Under the pieces are notes generated by a model. That model saw nothing but the letters and a program-made list of their open reading frames with translations. It searched no databases and had not been told where the DNA came from. Both the position numbers and the translations under genes were made by a program. A stretch of 64,000 nucleotides of DNA from assembly GCA_003971905.1 (NCBI GenBank), contig RSEE01000004.1:124001-188000 (forward strand), written 5' to 3'. The stretch's first letter is position 1, and the number at the start of each line of letters is the position of its first letter. This DNA is from Moniliella sp. 'wahieum' (taxonomy: Eukaryota). Below, piece after piece: positions 1 to 13,202 of this stretch.

Positions 1-3000
1 CTCTGCTTTCGATCCCTCCCTCTCCCCCGGACGATAATCCATGGGGCACAAGCGACGATGAGGACGCGGACACATTTGCTGACCTTACGGATGTATCATC
101 ACCCTCGCTGCTGCCAACCAAGTCGTCGAGCTGGACCACCGCGATTGCCTCGTGGCCTTCACGCCACATTTCGGACTACTTAGATGATCCTGAGGTGTGT
201 TGGGGGACTGCCCTAGGTTGTCGCGATGGCAGTGTCTGGCTCATGCGGCCAGCGCGCCTGCAACCGCCAGCCCCGCCTCCATCTCATCTACCCCCTACAG
301 GCTCTTCCCCGCCCAGTGTACGGTCGCGCGTGGTGAGTATGACCCGCGCTCGCGTTAATCCTGTGTACAGCCCACCTCCCGGTGAGCATCGTGCTTCCAT
401 TGTGTCCATTACTTCGACCCCAGCTCGCACTTACGGCGTTGGGGCTGGGACCAAGACAGTTACTTCTCCAGCCGACTCGGTCTCGCCGCCTACACATCCC
501 CTGCACATCTACCATTCCAATGAGGACTTGCGCTCGCTCGCCCCCAGTGGCATCACATCTCCCACCACTGGGTTCGCCCCCATGCCGATTGCTGCGTCTG
601 CCGTGTCCACCATGGTCGAGGTCGATGTACCTGAGCCTGCTCCTACCCCACCCCAGCGTCACGCAACCAACCTTCTGCAGAGGCGCTTTTGGAGCAGCAG
701 TATCACGCTGGGGAAGGTACTCTTGCTTCCATGCTCGGTCACCTTGCGGGTAAACACAAGCACCACCATTCGCGAGTTCCCAGCCCGGGCCATCCCCGGC
801 TGCCCTCTCACACCGCTGCCCAATTAGCACACCAGCAACATTCGCATCCCTTACGTCACTCCCTTTCGCTTCACAAGTCGCCGGACCCCTCGCTCAGAGG
901 CTCCTAGCGCTACCAGCCCACATACTCCTACGTCAAGGAGTCCTCATCCCTTACTGATATGGCTTGAGCTTGTGCCCCATGCCCATTTGGTCCACGCTGA
1001 CGACTCTTCCCTACTACCTCACTAGTAGTGGCTACTGTTTCTCGGTCCGTTCCCGATGGGTTGGCGGCGGAAGATATTCCCTCACCTGAGCCTGTTTTAG
1101 TTGTCCTCCAAGCCTCGGGATCGCTTACGACTTGGTCTCTTTCCGAGGGTCGTCAGGTGGGGCAGGCCCAGCTGAACCGATCTAAGGTATACACATCTAC
1201 CCGGTCCTCGCACCTTCAACCGGACCCAGTCATGATGGAGGGTTTTTTACTCCTCTTGTGGCTCAGGGTCTGGCAGCACTACGCTCTCGTGCCTCCAGCC
1301 CAGCTCCAGGAGTGTCCAAACAAGATTCCACCCAAGCCTCAGGCCCAAGCCTATCGGTCCCTGGTCTCCGAAGCGAACAGAACACCGCCCTATCGGCCGC
1401 GCTGCATCGCACAACAATCTAGCACATCTGGCTCAACTTTCCCCCATGAATCAGGCAGCGGCCGGCGACGAGGGATCGCCCGAGTGGGTGGAACAAGACC
1501 GGCTGCTTCAGTGCGACTTTAAGGAAGTACGCGTTTTGGACCCAGAAGGAGATAATGCAGCCCCACTGCTGGTTGCATTTGATGAGTTGCGCCAGACGGT
1601 TGTGTTGCTTACCCTCTTGCCTGATGGAGCGATCCATGTCAAGGGGCATGTTGCTTACCCCCCTGGAGTGGTCAGCCACACACAAATCGCCGTCTTGCCT
1701 GCCTCGGTCTCGGCACCCCAGCCGCCTGTCCCTGCATCAGGGTTGCTGTCCCCTACCCTTGGACGATCGGCAAACTCGTCGCCTGACCCCCAACCTGCGA
1801 TCAGGTTCCTTGCACTTCGATGGGCCGCTTATTGGAGCGCATGGTTTGGCCTGACGGGTCGCCTGTCCCCCGCTTGGGCCACACGCTCACCTCCACGGGG
1901 AGTAAGCCCTCGCTCCAGCGGCGTATCAATTCGACGCCCCGACGACTGCTGCCCCCCTTCATTCATCCACTGTCGACGCAGAGTCAGATTGGATCGACCT
2001 TCTGGCATTAGAGGTTGAGGTAGGAGGGCAACGTGGTCCGGCTGAAGGAATCTTTTCGCTTGGCATCCAGCTGGTCGCTTGGAACTCGGGTGGTTTGGGG
2101 GGGGTAAATATACTCGTCTATCCTTCGTTGTCTGTGCTGACCCCCCCCCCAGCTCTTTTCGCTTTGTGACCAGGTCTACAGCCAAATCGATTCAGCCCAG
2201 GTTGCGGACGAGTCCATCCGCAACGTCACGGTTCGGCCAAGCGTGTCGGGTTCCGTGCTGAGCTTGGACACAGATGGAGGACATCGTTGGGCTACTGTCT
2301 TGCACAGCCAGTCCTCCGCCTGGAAGGTGGAAACACTCTTGATACCCCCTGGAGCAGTGATGGCACACCCGTTCCCCTCAGGTCGAGGTAAGGCCTTATC
2401 TGAATACGCTTTGGCCGTGAAAGAGGAGGATGCGTTAAGCGTGTGTGCGGTGAACAAGACGGAGGGACATTCCATGCTCCTTTACCGTTCCTCCCCGACT
2501 ATCCAAGTGCACGAGCTGGCTGTCCCCCTGAGCTTGGATCATCTTTTTCTCATTCACCCCAGCGGTAGCATTCGTATCTCCAATGCCCAATCCCTGGCGC
2601 GCGGTGAAGCACAGTTGCGTCTCGGTGGGCACAATGGGTTTACAGCAGTCAAGATCGTGCTGCAACCCATGGCCCGGCGTAGGCTGATTTTGGCTGGAAC
2701 CGTGCAGGGGGATCTATTGCTGTGGTCAGTATGGAACCCTCAGGAGCCTGGGTTGCTCAACAAGTTTAACGTCTTGGATGCGGCGGTAGTACGGATCGTG
2801 CCCTTCCTCCCTCCCTCCCCACCAGAAGGGTATGACATGGCCAATGCCCTCCATGATTTGGTTGCGTGCGTCAGCGCCGACGGCATGGTGGCCTTGGTGC
2901 AGATTGAGACATTCCAAGTGAGCCTGCTGGTTCCAGGCCGTGGGAGCCCATTGTCTGTCATCGCAGTCCAGGGGTTCACTCTTATGCTCATCTATGCTGA

Positions 3001-4985
3001 TGAGTCGGCTCGGATTTGGGACTTGCGCACGCAGGAGCTACGGCAATGTGTCCCTGCCGCACGGGCGTATGCGCTCTTGGCTCACCCCGAGGTGAGCACT
3101 CTCGCGATGCCTGGCCCAGCGCTACCGCAAGCCTTAGCAAAAGAGAACCCGTCAGCCACAACCTGTTCCTGGACCGTGCACGATCTGCGTGACGACGCCC
3201 GTGGTACCAGCCTCAAGATCAAGACGGGAATTCTCACTGTCCCGGATCGTCTACCCCCCATGGGGGTTCTTCCCGCTTTGGAAGCGGACCTGCGCAAGGC
3301 TATTGATGCGGCGCACAAGGCTTTGACCAAAGCAATGCACACTCCAAACCTGGCAAGGTGGAGAGCAGCGCCATGTGTGGCCTTGCCTTGCCAGCAGCAA
3401 GAAAAGCTTTGTCGGTGCTTAGTCCCTTCTTGGCTGCCCTGTTGCCGGCCTCAGCTGAGGTGGGAAAGGATTTGGCTTCGGCTTTGGGCTGGCCTGAGAA
3501 TAGGAAAGAGGTGGTCTCTTACCTCGGCCTCCGCCTGCCCATGTCCTCGGTGTATGCCACGGTGGGTAGGCAGGCCGCGTCCTACTACCCCCCTGTGTAC
3601 ACACTGCAAATGGTTGCGGTTTTGGCTATGCTGAGTACTGTGGGAAGCATTGCGGAGGTGCATCCTGATGCAATCCGAGCCCATGAATCCATTCTCCTTC
3701 GTGCCTCCGAAGGAGGAGCTTTCCATCATGGCGCTATCTCCCTTTCCACGTTGGCGCCGTTTGTGTTTGATGCCAACCCACACCTGGCCTGGGCATCTCA
3801 AACGCTATGTGATGCGGCGCTGCAGGGTGTTGCCGACGGACGAGTGGTAGAGTCTATTACTGATCTGTATACTTCCGCTATACGTCCTATCGACTCGGTC
3901 CCCCATCAGCCACCCCAACGGTCCAGCAACTGGCACGCAAGCAAGGATACAACTCCACATCCTTGGACGCCCCACCAGAGTCGGCTGCCCGCCGAACGGT
4001 GGCTCTTTTGGGCTTCTTGGCATGCCGTCGGGTGGCACTAATGTCCACCCCCATCTTACGAGACATCTCCATCTCTGTCGAAGCCTTTCTCAACGACTCT
4101 CTTAGTTTGGGAAAGCAGTTTATTGCCATCCAACTGTGTATGGAGGGCTTTGGCATCTGGCAAAACTACATTGATCCTATGGAGCTACTCCGTACTCTGT
4201 TCCGTGTCGCTTGGCACGACCCGGCTTCCTCGTCCGAGGGGGCAGAGGCGCGCACGGTGCGCACGACGGCAATGGAGGTGACGCTCCGGATCGCATATGT
4301 CAACACTCCCCTCTTCATGTCGACCCTTGTTCACGACATGCTCTATCCACGCACACTGACGGACTGGCGAGCAAGTATGGCGCTCGTTACCCATTTGGTC
4401 CAAAGCGATCCGGGTCTTTTGGTCAACGAGGTGCCCAGGCTGACCGAGGCGGTGATTCGTGCCCTGGACCCGCCGTCATCTCTCTCTCTTCCGCCCCGGC
4501 CGGTCGAAGGAAGTTCTGCGTGCCGAGGCGATCCAGATGATTGACGCTTTAGTTCGCACCTTCCCTACTGTTACCTTTAATGAAGCGAGCCAGCGCCTGG
4601 CCGTCGGCACCCTCGAAGGAGGAGTGGTCGCCTACGATGTCCGGGCCGTATCGCGGTTGTACGTGATTGAGGCCCACCCCGTTGGGCCCGTACACCTTGT
4701 GTCCTTCTCGCCGGACGGACGGAGGCTCGTGTCCCTTGGCCTGAACGACCAAGGAGGGACGGCACGCGTGTGGAAGACGGCACGACGCTGGCCTCTGTGT
4801 TTAGCTTGGGCTCCCTCCCGCGCCAGGGAGGGAACGACCTCTGGGGGCGTACAAGCTGTCCGGGTGCACGTGTCGGACCAACCATTCGAAGTGGGAACCC
4901 CACTTGTCTGCGACTGGATCGGCAACCAGCCACGGCCCATCTCCAGTAGGTGGGGTGGGACTCTCGTTCGATACAACGTGAGTGT
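1..4985 (+). CDS. WD40-repeat protein, WDR7/WDR72 (rabconnectin-3 beta)-like; 5' end probably before or at the window start; frameshifted
   Basis: WD blades (LILAGTVQGDLLLWSVW; LMLIYADESARIWDLRTQE), a helical region (AIQLCMEGFGIWQNYIDPMELLRTLF; PLFMSTLVHD; PRLTEAVIRALDP) and the WDR7-type C-terminus FPTVTFNEASQRLAVGTLEGGVVAYDVR...VSFSPDGRRLVSL, spread over consecutive + ORFs 195-5043. Confidence 0.8.
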
Positions 4986-6560
4986 TGGCCCTTGCCGTCG
5001 CAGCATTCCCTTTTTGTTCGTACTATGCATTTGCCGTCCGTAAAGCTACTATAACGTTTGACATCATGCCCGCCTTCACGAGCTTCACGACACGTATAAA
5101 AATCGGAGGTTTGTCAAATGTATCAACAGTTGTGCGGGATGGTAGGCCATAAAAGCCTGTGTTCTTCATGTTGCTTAGTCCACATGCACACCGCTTGCTT
5201 CATCGGTTAACTGCCGAAGACAGTCCTCTCAACGACGATGGAGGAGGAGAACATGTGAGCGTGGTTCTTGTGACATGTCATGAGACCTGGAGTCCTGATG
5301 CTCCTCGAGGGTGATGCAATCGCACTGGTGGCAGTGTGATGGTGGGAGTGTGGCAACCAGCAATACCTCCAGAGAGGACATCAAGCAGCGAGTCGCCACC
5401 ATCAGGGGCTAAGCTGTGGGACAAGGAGGAAAACAGGAGAGGGAAACAGCGGAACTCCTATAGGCCTGAGGAGGAACGAAGGGACATGGCCCGAAGCACG
5501 AGCCACCGTAGCTCAATCGTTGAACGAGTAAGAGTGCGGTTATCGAGGTTATCGAGGTTATCGTCGCTTAAAAGAGACGTCTCATGAGAACCATGTGGCA
5601 TTGTGGTTCAAGTGTTTCACGCTTGGTCTTTCCTGGCGTGAGCAATTTTTTACTTGTGCACAGAAGAGCGTTCTTATAGGCATGGTGTTGCTATATATGT
5701 GTCCGTGTTACAGCCATCGCGGAACAGCCGCCAATGCGTAGACTTTGTCCAGATGCAACTACAACATGCGTTTCTCCTGCACTTGATACCAAAACCATTC
5801 GCACTACAGCCATTTCACAGGTCTCACAGTATAACAAATGGCCAGTGCATCTCTGCAGCGCACAGTTCATATTCTGTCTACAAGTCAATATCGTACTCGC
5901 TATCCCTCCATTATATAGTTGTTACTAGGTCAGCATCTTTGATTCGCTTAGAAGGGGTACATGAGAAACGTCATGAATCAGTAATCAGTCAGCATAGAGG
6001 AACAGATATTAGCACTTGAAGAGAGGTGAGTGCATTAGAGCCATTAGTATAGCTTCTGTTTTACATATAATACACTACATATGGGAATTCGGAAAGAGGG
6101 TTCCAAGCCGAAGAGTCAAGATGGAGAGTCCGTGCCTTAAAGGAAGACATGCTCAAGGTCCGTAACTCGTTTTATAGTATTCACCATAAGATAGCATGCA
6201 TATCAGAGCCTCGACGATATTTGAGGAGCAGAAAAGAGTTTGAAAAGACAGAGCGTATACCCTGAGGCCTGATCCCGTTATAGAGATCAAAAAAGGATGA
6301 AGTCATATGGTGCAGACGTGGATATTCCCCTCTGTATTTCTCCTCTGTCTGTCGTCCCAACACACCTCGGTAGAATCACGGACAATCCCTGTCGGCAAAG
6401 CTTGGCAGCTTCCCTTGTTTTTTGACGGAAGAAAACACATAAAAGCATGTAGAGAGTGAAACCATACGTTCTCCCCTCAACATAAAACCTTTTTCTCTTT
6501 ACTGCCTATAACACAGAGTATACGCTTCCAACTCCATGTTGCTCTCCTCACACCAAGAAG

Positions 6561-7795
6561 ATGCTTTGGAAGGCCTTGCTGTTTATTCTTCCGATTGCCG
6601 TTCCCGCGTGTGCGACTGAACACAGGTTCCCCCCTCGAAAGGATCACGGGAAATTCATCGCTTCCAACTTCGTTACTCCGGCCTACGACAGTATCTGCCT
6701 CGACGCAGTGGGGGCAGCTACGCTGGCTGAATGCTGAGACGCCCCAAGACTTTTATAACTGGTTTGGATTCTCCGTCCAAACTGACACAAGTGGCGGCGT
6801 CGTTTCGTACGTGAGCAAAGCGACGGCCAGCGGTTCGGCTATGCTTTGGACGGGCCAAAATGGTGGACTGGCCTTTGGCCCGATACGAAAACAACAGGAC
6901 AAACCACGTCATTCCATTCGGGGTGTCCAACCAGACTTGGGGTATGGCGCGTACATTTGGGATGTGTCCCACGTCCCATCCGACTGCGGAACCTGGCCGT
7001 CGTGTGGACGACTACCATGTACAACTGGCCAAATGGAGGGGAGGGAGTGTGTTGAAGTGTGAATGGGGTGGTTAGCGCCGAATGAGGGCACTTTAACACT
7101 GGTGTGAGCTGCAACCAGGTTGGCGCTCAAACGGCACGACACGTAATTCGCAATGTCAGGGTGGGGAAGGATGCGGTGTGGAGTTCACGGGTTCTGACAA
7201 TACCTTTGGGAACGGGTACGTTTACATATTCCTCCCCTCCGCACGTTTCCACACTTACGCGTTTTCGATCTCTGACTTCCTGAACTTGTTTCCTTTTCAA
7301 CACACACAGATTGAACAATGCGGGAGGGCCGTTTTTGCGCTGGTGTATACGAGTGCAAAAGTCCAGATGTGGAAGTTTGACCGCGACTCAGCCCCGGCGG
7401 GAACGACCCGAGGGGGCGGATCGACGATCATCCAAGTTCCTGGTCTACTCCCGATGCGGCATGGACGTTGGGCGGGAATGGGTGTCCCGTATCGAGCGTC
7501 AACACGGCGCAGGCGATCGTGATGAACATTGATTTTGTGTGCTTGGGTTGATGCCACACCTGGTTCCTGCAACTTTGGTTCGAGTGGGTGCGCCAACTAC
7601 ATTGCCAACAACCCAAGCAAGCTTAAGAATAGCTATTTTGATGTGAATCGGTACGTTTTGCGTTTCAGAGAAGCAGAGGGTATCGAGATACTACAGGACT
7701 TCTTCAGACCCATACTCATTCTTCTGTTGTTTTTTGTCTTGATGACATCTTCAATGTGTATTTTGCGCACAACAGGTTCGCTCATTGGTCGATGT
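6561..7795 (+). CDS. Secreted GH16 beta-1,3(4)-glucanase (fungal Lam16/MLG-type); introns and frameshifts; 3' end approximate
   Basis: Signal peptide MLWKALLFILPIAVPACA from ATG 6561. Motifs YGAYIWDVSHVPSDCGTWPSVWTT...NWPNGGE, IVMNIDF(C) and NYIANNPSKLKNSYFDVN. GTACGT donors near 7216 and 7651. Confidence 0.8.
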
Positions 7796-8351
7796 AAGAT
7801 GAGCTCTTCTGGTCGACTCGGCCTCAATGAAGGGAAGAGAGGTCTCTCCTCAATACGCCATTGTGCCAGTTCTTGTTGGCATGTTTATATTTCGTACATA
7901 TATCCCCCAGGAGACTGATGCTGTATACTTCTTGAGACTCATCGGTTGGGACCAGACCCACATGCGCAGGCATAGTTACCAGGTGTGCTGGACTCTGATT
8001 TGTTTTCGACCCTGCTTTCCTTGTCTATGCTTCCCTTCTTCTCTACGTGTGACCGAGCTCCCATGCTAGCTTCTCCGAATATATATACCTCTCGCCTCCT
8101 TTTTCTCCTCGGAGGATATGATTGTTCCTCATCCTTTCCTCCATCTCCTCCTTCTGTTAGACTACAAATAGTTCTGAGAATAAGACGAGGCATCAGACAT
8201 GCTACTCACGTACGTCTTTAACCGCAAGTGGAGGTAGTAAGAAACCGCTCCATATATCAGGGATACTGTGGTGGGTATTCTACCGTATTGTTTCAATACT
8301 AACGATCGTTCGAGGTTGAACACAAAGTATTTTCCCTCCAGAAGTAACATA

Positions 8352-8449
8352 GGCGAGATAGCGAAGTGGTCTAACGCGCTGTGTTAAGGCATCTTTGGAT
8401 ACCGTAACCGCAGTCCTCCGGGGCGTGGGTTCGAATCCCACTCTCGTCA
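8352..8449 (+). tRNA. tRNA-Leu(AAG) with an 18-nt canonical intron (8390-8407)
   Basis: Acceptor stem GGCGAGA/TCTCGTC plus discriminator A. D-arm TAGCGAAGTGGTCTAACGC. Anticodon stem CTGTG/CGCAG with AAG at 8386-8388 and the intron after position 37. Long variable arm, T-arm GTGGGTTCGAATCCCAC, and a TTTT Pol III terminator at 8452. Confidence 0.95.
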
Positions 8450-9161
8450 ACTTTTGGCATTCATTTCCTTTTTTCCGAGTGCAAGGCTGGTCGAATATCA
8501 CCATGGCCAGCGTATCCTTCCCTTGAAGCTTTTCAGTTTTACGCGCTGAGAGGCACCTGCGCGGTACATGGGCAACCAACCCGGAAAACCTACTTAGCGC
8601 AGCACAAATCCCCATTGGCTGGCGTGCTATAACAGTCCTGAGGGCCTACTTACCAGCAAGTGCCGCGCAAAAGGAGAGAAGGGATGCCATCCACAGCTAG
8701 TAAGTAAACGCAAGGAAACAAGCGGTGGCTGCTGGTACCAAGAAGGGAGGACAGCATGCAGGTAGAGAGACAGAACGCGCCACTAGACAGACAGCAGGGA
8801 AGGCAACAAAGATGTTGCTTCCCCGGTACTTCTTTTGGAGGGACTTAGGTCCAAGACTTGGCACCTCAGACGACCAGGCAAATTACAAGCCGGTACCAAG
8901 CCCAAAACGAGAAGACGGCAACCACACAAGGGCCAGAAAGGAAAGTGGGACGTGGGAGATTCATACAGAGAAAACGCCAAGGGTGGAGAGGAGGTGCATT
9001 TTGGTGCACTTTGCTTGCGTCTTGCTCATACGGGGACAAGGTGGACAGGTGTTAGGAGAAGGGGATTCTCCCCATGCATGGGCGAAGGAAAAAGCTCACG
9101 CCTTGCCCCGCTCGGGCAGGGCAAGGAGATGGATGATGGACTCTAAGAGCTGGAAATACTC

Positions 9162-10470
9162 TTAGGCTTTTTGAGCCTTCTTGGCCTTTTTACCCCCCAC
9201 CGGCTTCACGGCAGAGACAGGGATGGCACCCACAGGAGGCAACGATTCGCCACCCTCCTCCTTGAGCATTGAGAAGGCATTCATGCTCGAGAAACGTGAT
9301 ACGCCTCCATTGGCGACCGAGGGAGCCGGCTTGGTAGCTTGCTCCTTAGCCGGTTGGGTGGCGCGGGCACCACGAACGCGGACGCTTTCCCACCCCGGCT
9401 CGATGATGGCACTATGCGGAACAGGAGGCGGCGCAGTGAAAAACTCCGATGGGTGCACTTCGGCTGCTGCCGGCTTCTTACGGTTGCGCCGGCTGGGCAA
9501 AGCAGCTGCCGGCTCCGTTGGAGCGACAGCGGGTGTGGCCACAGGAGACTGTTCCTCCACCTCAGAAGAGTAGGCTCCGTCTCAACTGCAACTGCAGGGG
9601 CAACGGGAACAGCCTTGGCCTCCCATCCAGCTCCGGCGGACCAATCGCCCTCCCCAGCATGGCTGGGCCCCCAGTCAATGGGTTCCTCTTCCGGCCAGGT
9701 AGCTGCCGGGGGGGGGGGGAGAGGTGCTTTCAACACTCACACTGACCTCACCAGCGCTCTCTGGAGCCGACGAAACAGGGGCGGCGTCAATCGAGGTGTT
9801 CGCTCCGTTGGCGCTGGCAAGCTCAGGGGGGCAGTGGGAACGCCTTGGGTCACGGCAGGCGCGGGAGCAGCCTCCTCCGCTGCAGTAGAAGGAGCGGAAG
9901 CATCAGCAGGAGCAGCAATGACGGCAGCGGAAGCAGCAGCCGCAGCAGCCTTTTGGGAGCGCTGCTTGCTCTTGCGCTGAGCCCGGGTCGTCTGCCATCC
10001 ATCCTGTTCGTCAATCTCGGTGTCGACCAGGGGAGTGGTCGCAGGGGCGAGGATCGGCGCGACGGGGGTAACGGACGAAGGGCCGGCAGGGGGAAGGGCA
10101 GAGGCAGAGGCCGCCTTTTTCTTTTTGCGCTTGTTCTTCTTGGCCGACTTGGACTGGCCGGGGGCAGCGCCGGCGGAGACCGGCGCCTCGACCTCCTCTG
10201 AGGCAGACTCTACCGCGGAGGGGATGGGGGAGGAAGGAGGAGCCGAGCGGGCAGCCCTGGCCTTAGCTGCCTGCTTCTTCTTCTTCTGCAAAAGCCCGGG
10301 CCGAGCCGGGAGCGGGGCCGGATGCGTGGAGAGCAGGCTTTCCGCTGGGCCTGGAGCGATGCTGGGCGTAGAGGAGGGCGAGGGGGATGGCCGGGAGGAG
10401 GAGGAGGAGAGGCCAGAAGGGGGCGGCGGGGGTGGGGTGCTGTTGGCGTGCGAGCTATGGCTGGAGACAT
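9162..10470 (-). CDS. Hypothetical signal-anchor membrane protein with a Lys-rich, Ala/Pro-rich disordered tail
   Basis: ATG at 10470. A hydrophobic stretch FWPLLLLLPAIPLALLYA (about 10365-10420) lies in a frame not listed in the ORF track. It is followed by KKKKQ, KKNKRKKKK, DGWQTT, PGWESV, NAFSML and a C-terminal KKAKKAQKA stop at 9162. Confidence 0.55.
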
Positions 10471-11106
10471 GGCGGGCGGGGGCGGGGGGCAGGAAGGGGC
10501 GCGAGTCGGGGAGGAAGGGAGGGAGAGCGTGATGGAGTGGGCCCGCGCGCGCTTTAAAGGCCGGCAGGGGCCTGCCCTGGCCGGCTGGGTTCCACACGAT
10601 GCGTGACGCATGGGTGAGCTCGGCGGCCAGGCAGCGCAGAGGCGTGGGCCGACCCACCGCCTGCACCACGCGGCGGCTGCGCAACCCTGCGGGTTGCATC
10701 ATGCATGCATCATGCATCATGCATCTGCCTCGTCTGTCCAGCGGCCACCGCGTGCGTCTTCCACGTCGCCCCGCCGCCTCCAGGAATCAGCGCGGGCAGC
10801 GCGGCCGGCCAGGCACGGCGCCAGTCGCCGCAAACACTGTTTTTTTGCTACATTGCAAATCCATCCCGAGATTAGATCCGCGCGCTCAGATCGATCGGCC
10901 ATCATGCATCGTCAATCACGCTCCCACCTTATTCGCTTCTCCGTCGGGTTATTGCTGGGCCTTGGATCCATCCACATGTCCCTCCCTCCCACCAAAAACA
11001 GGGGGCACTATCATATCTCACTAGTCACTAGCCACTCCTTCCCCAGCCATCTCGTCTCTAGTCACTTTGTCATAGCCACCCAGCCACCCACAATGCTTCT
11101 GCGCCC

Positions 11107-12561
<1,455 letters not shown>

Positions 12562-13202
12562 GTTTGAAAGGGCTGCGGACGGGTGGGAGAAGTAGAGAGG
12601 TGGTGGTGGGGATGGACGATGGGGATGGTAGGGAGTCAAAGGAAAGAAGAAAAAATACGCTGGCCTTGTCGGACTATGTAGGAAAAGCGGCCGATGACTG
12701 GATGACAGTGGCTGTCCGTCGAGCGCATCCAGCGCCCAGCGGACTTGATTGCGGCGGATGAACCCAACAGCGCTCTCGTGCCCACCGCCTTTTTTTTTTC
12801 CGTTCGAAGATCGGCATTCTTGCGAGGCGGCGGGCACGGACACTCCGGAAAGTTTCATAGTTTCTAGTTTCTGCTTATCGATTATCGATTCGATGTTCTC
12901 GGCTGCCCCCTGGAGCAATCAATATCAAGGCGGGAGTTGGTGTGACATGGGCGTGATGACTTGCCTAGGCTGGTGCCATGGTCCAGGGGCCCTAGGCTCG
13001 TTCATACCATAGCTCGCGCTGCGCCTGCCTTTCCTTTCCTGCCCTGCTCCTCCTCTGTCGTTGGTGTTCTGCCTCTCCACCACCACTCCGCTCTTCGCTT
13101 CACTCGTATCCTTGCTCCCGTTCTCTGTGACCCATTGACTGGCCACCTCTCCTGTAGACTGCTCGTCGAAAGTGCCCTGTTCCTCGGCACAACAGAGTTA
13201 CA

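Noticed and set aside
5041..6500. Transposable element in the AT-richer block
   Set aside because: No transposase, RT or integrase motifs and no terminal repeats were recognised.
12633..12638. TGACTC (Gcn4/CpcA-like) site upstream of ARG4
   Set aside because: It is a single hexamer about 70 bp from the ATG with no matching site seen at HIS1, so it cannot be distinguished from chance.
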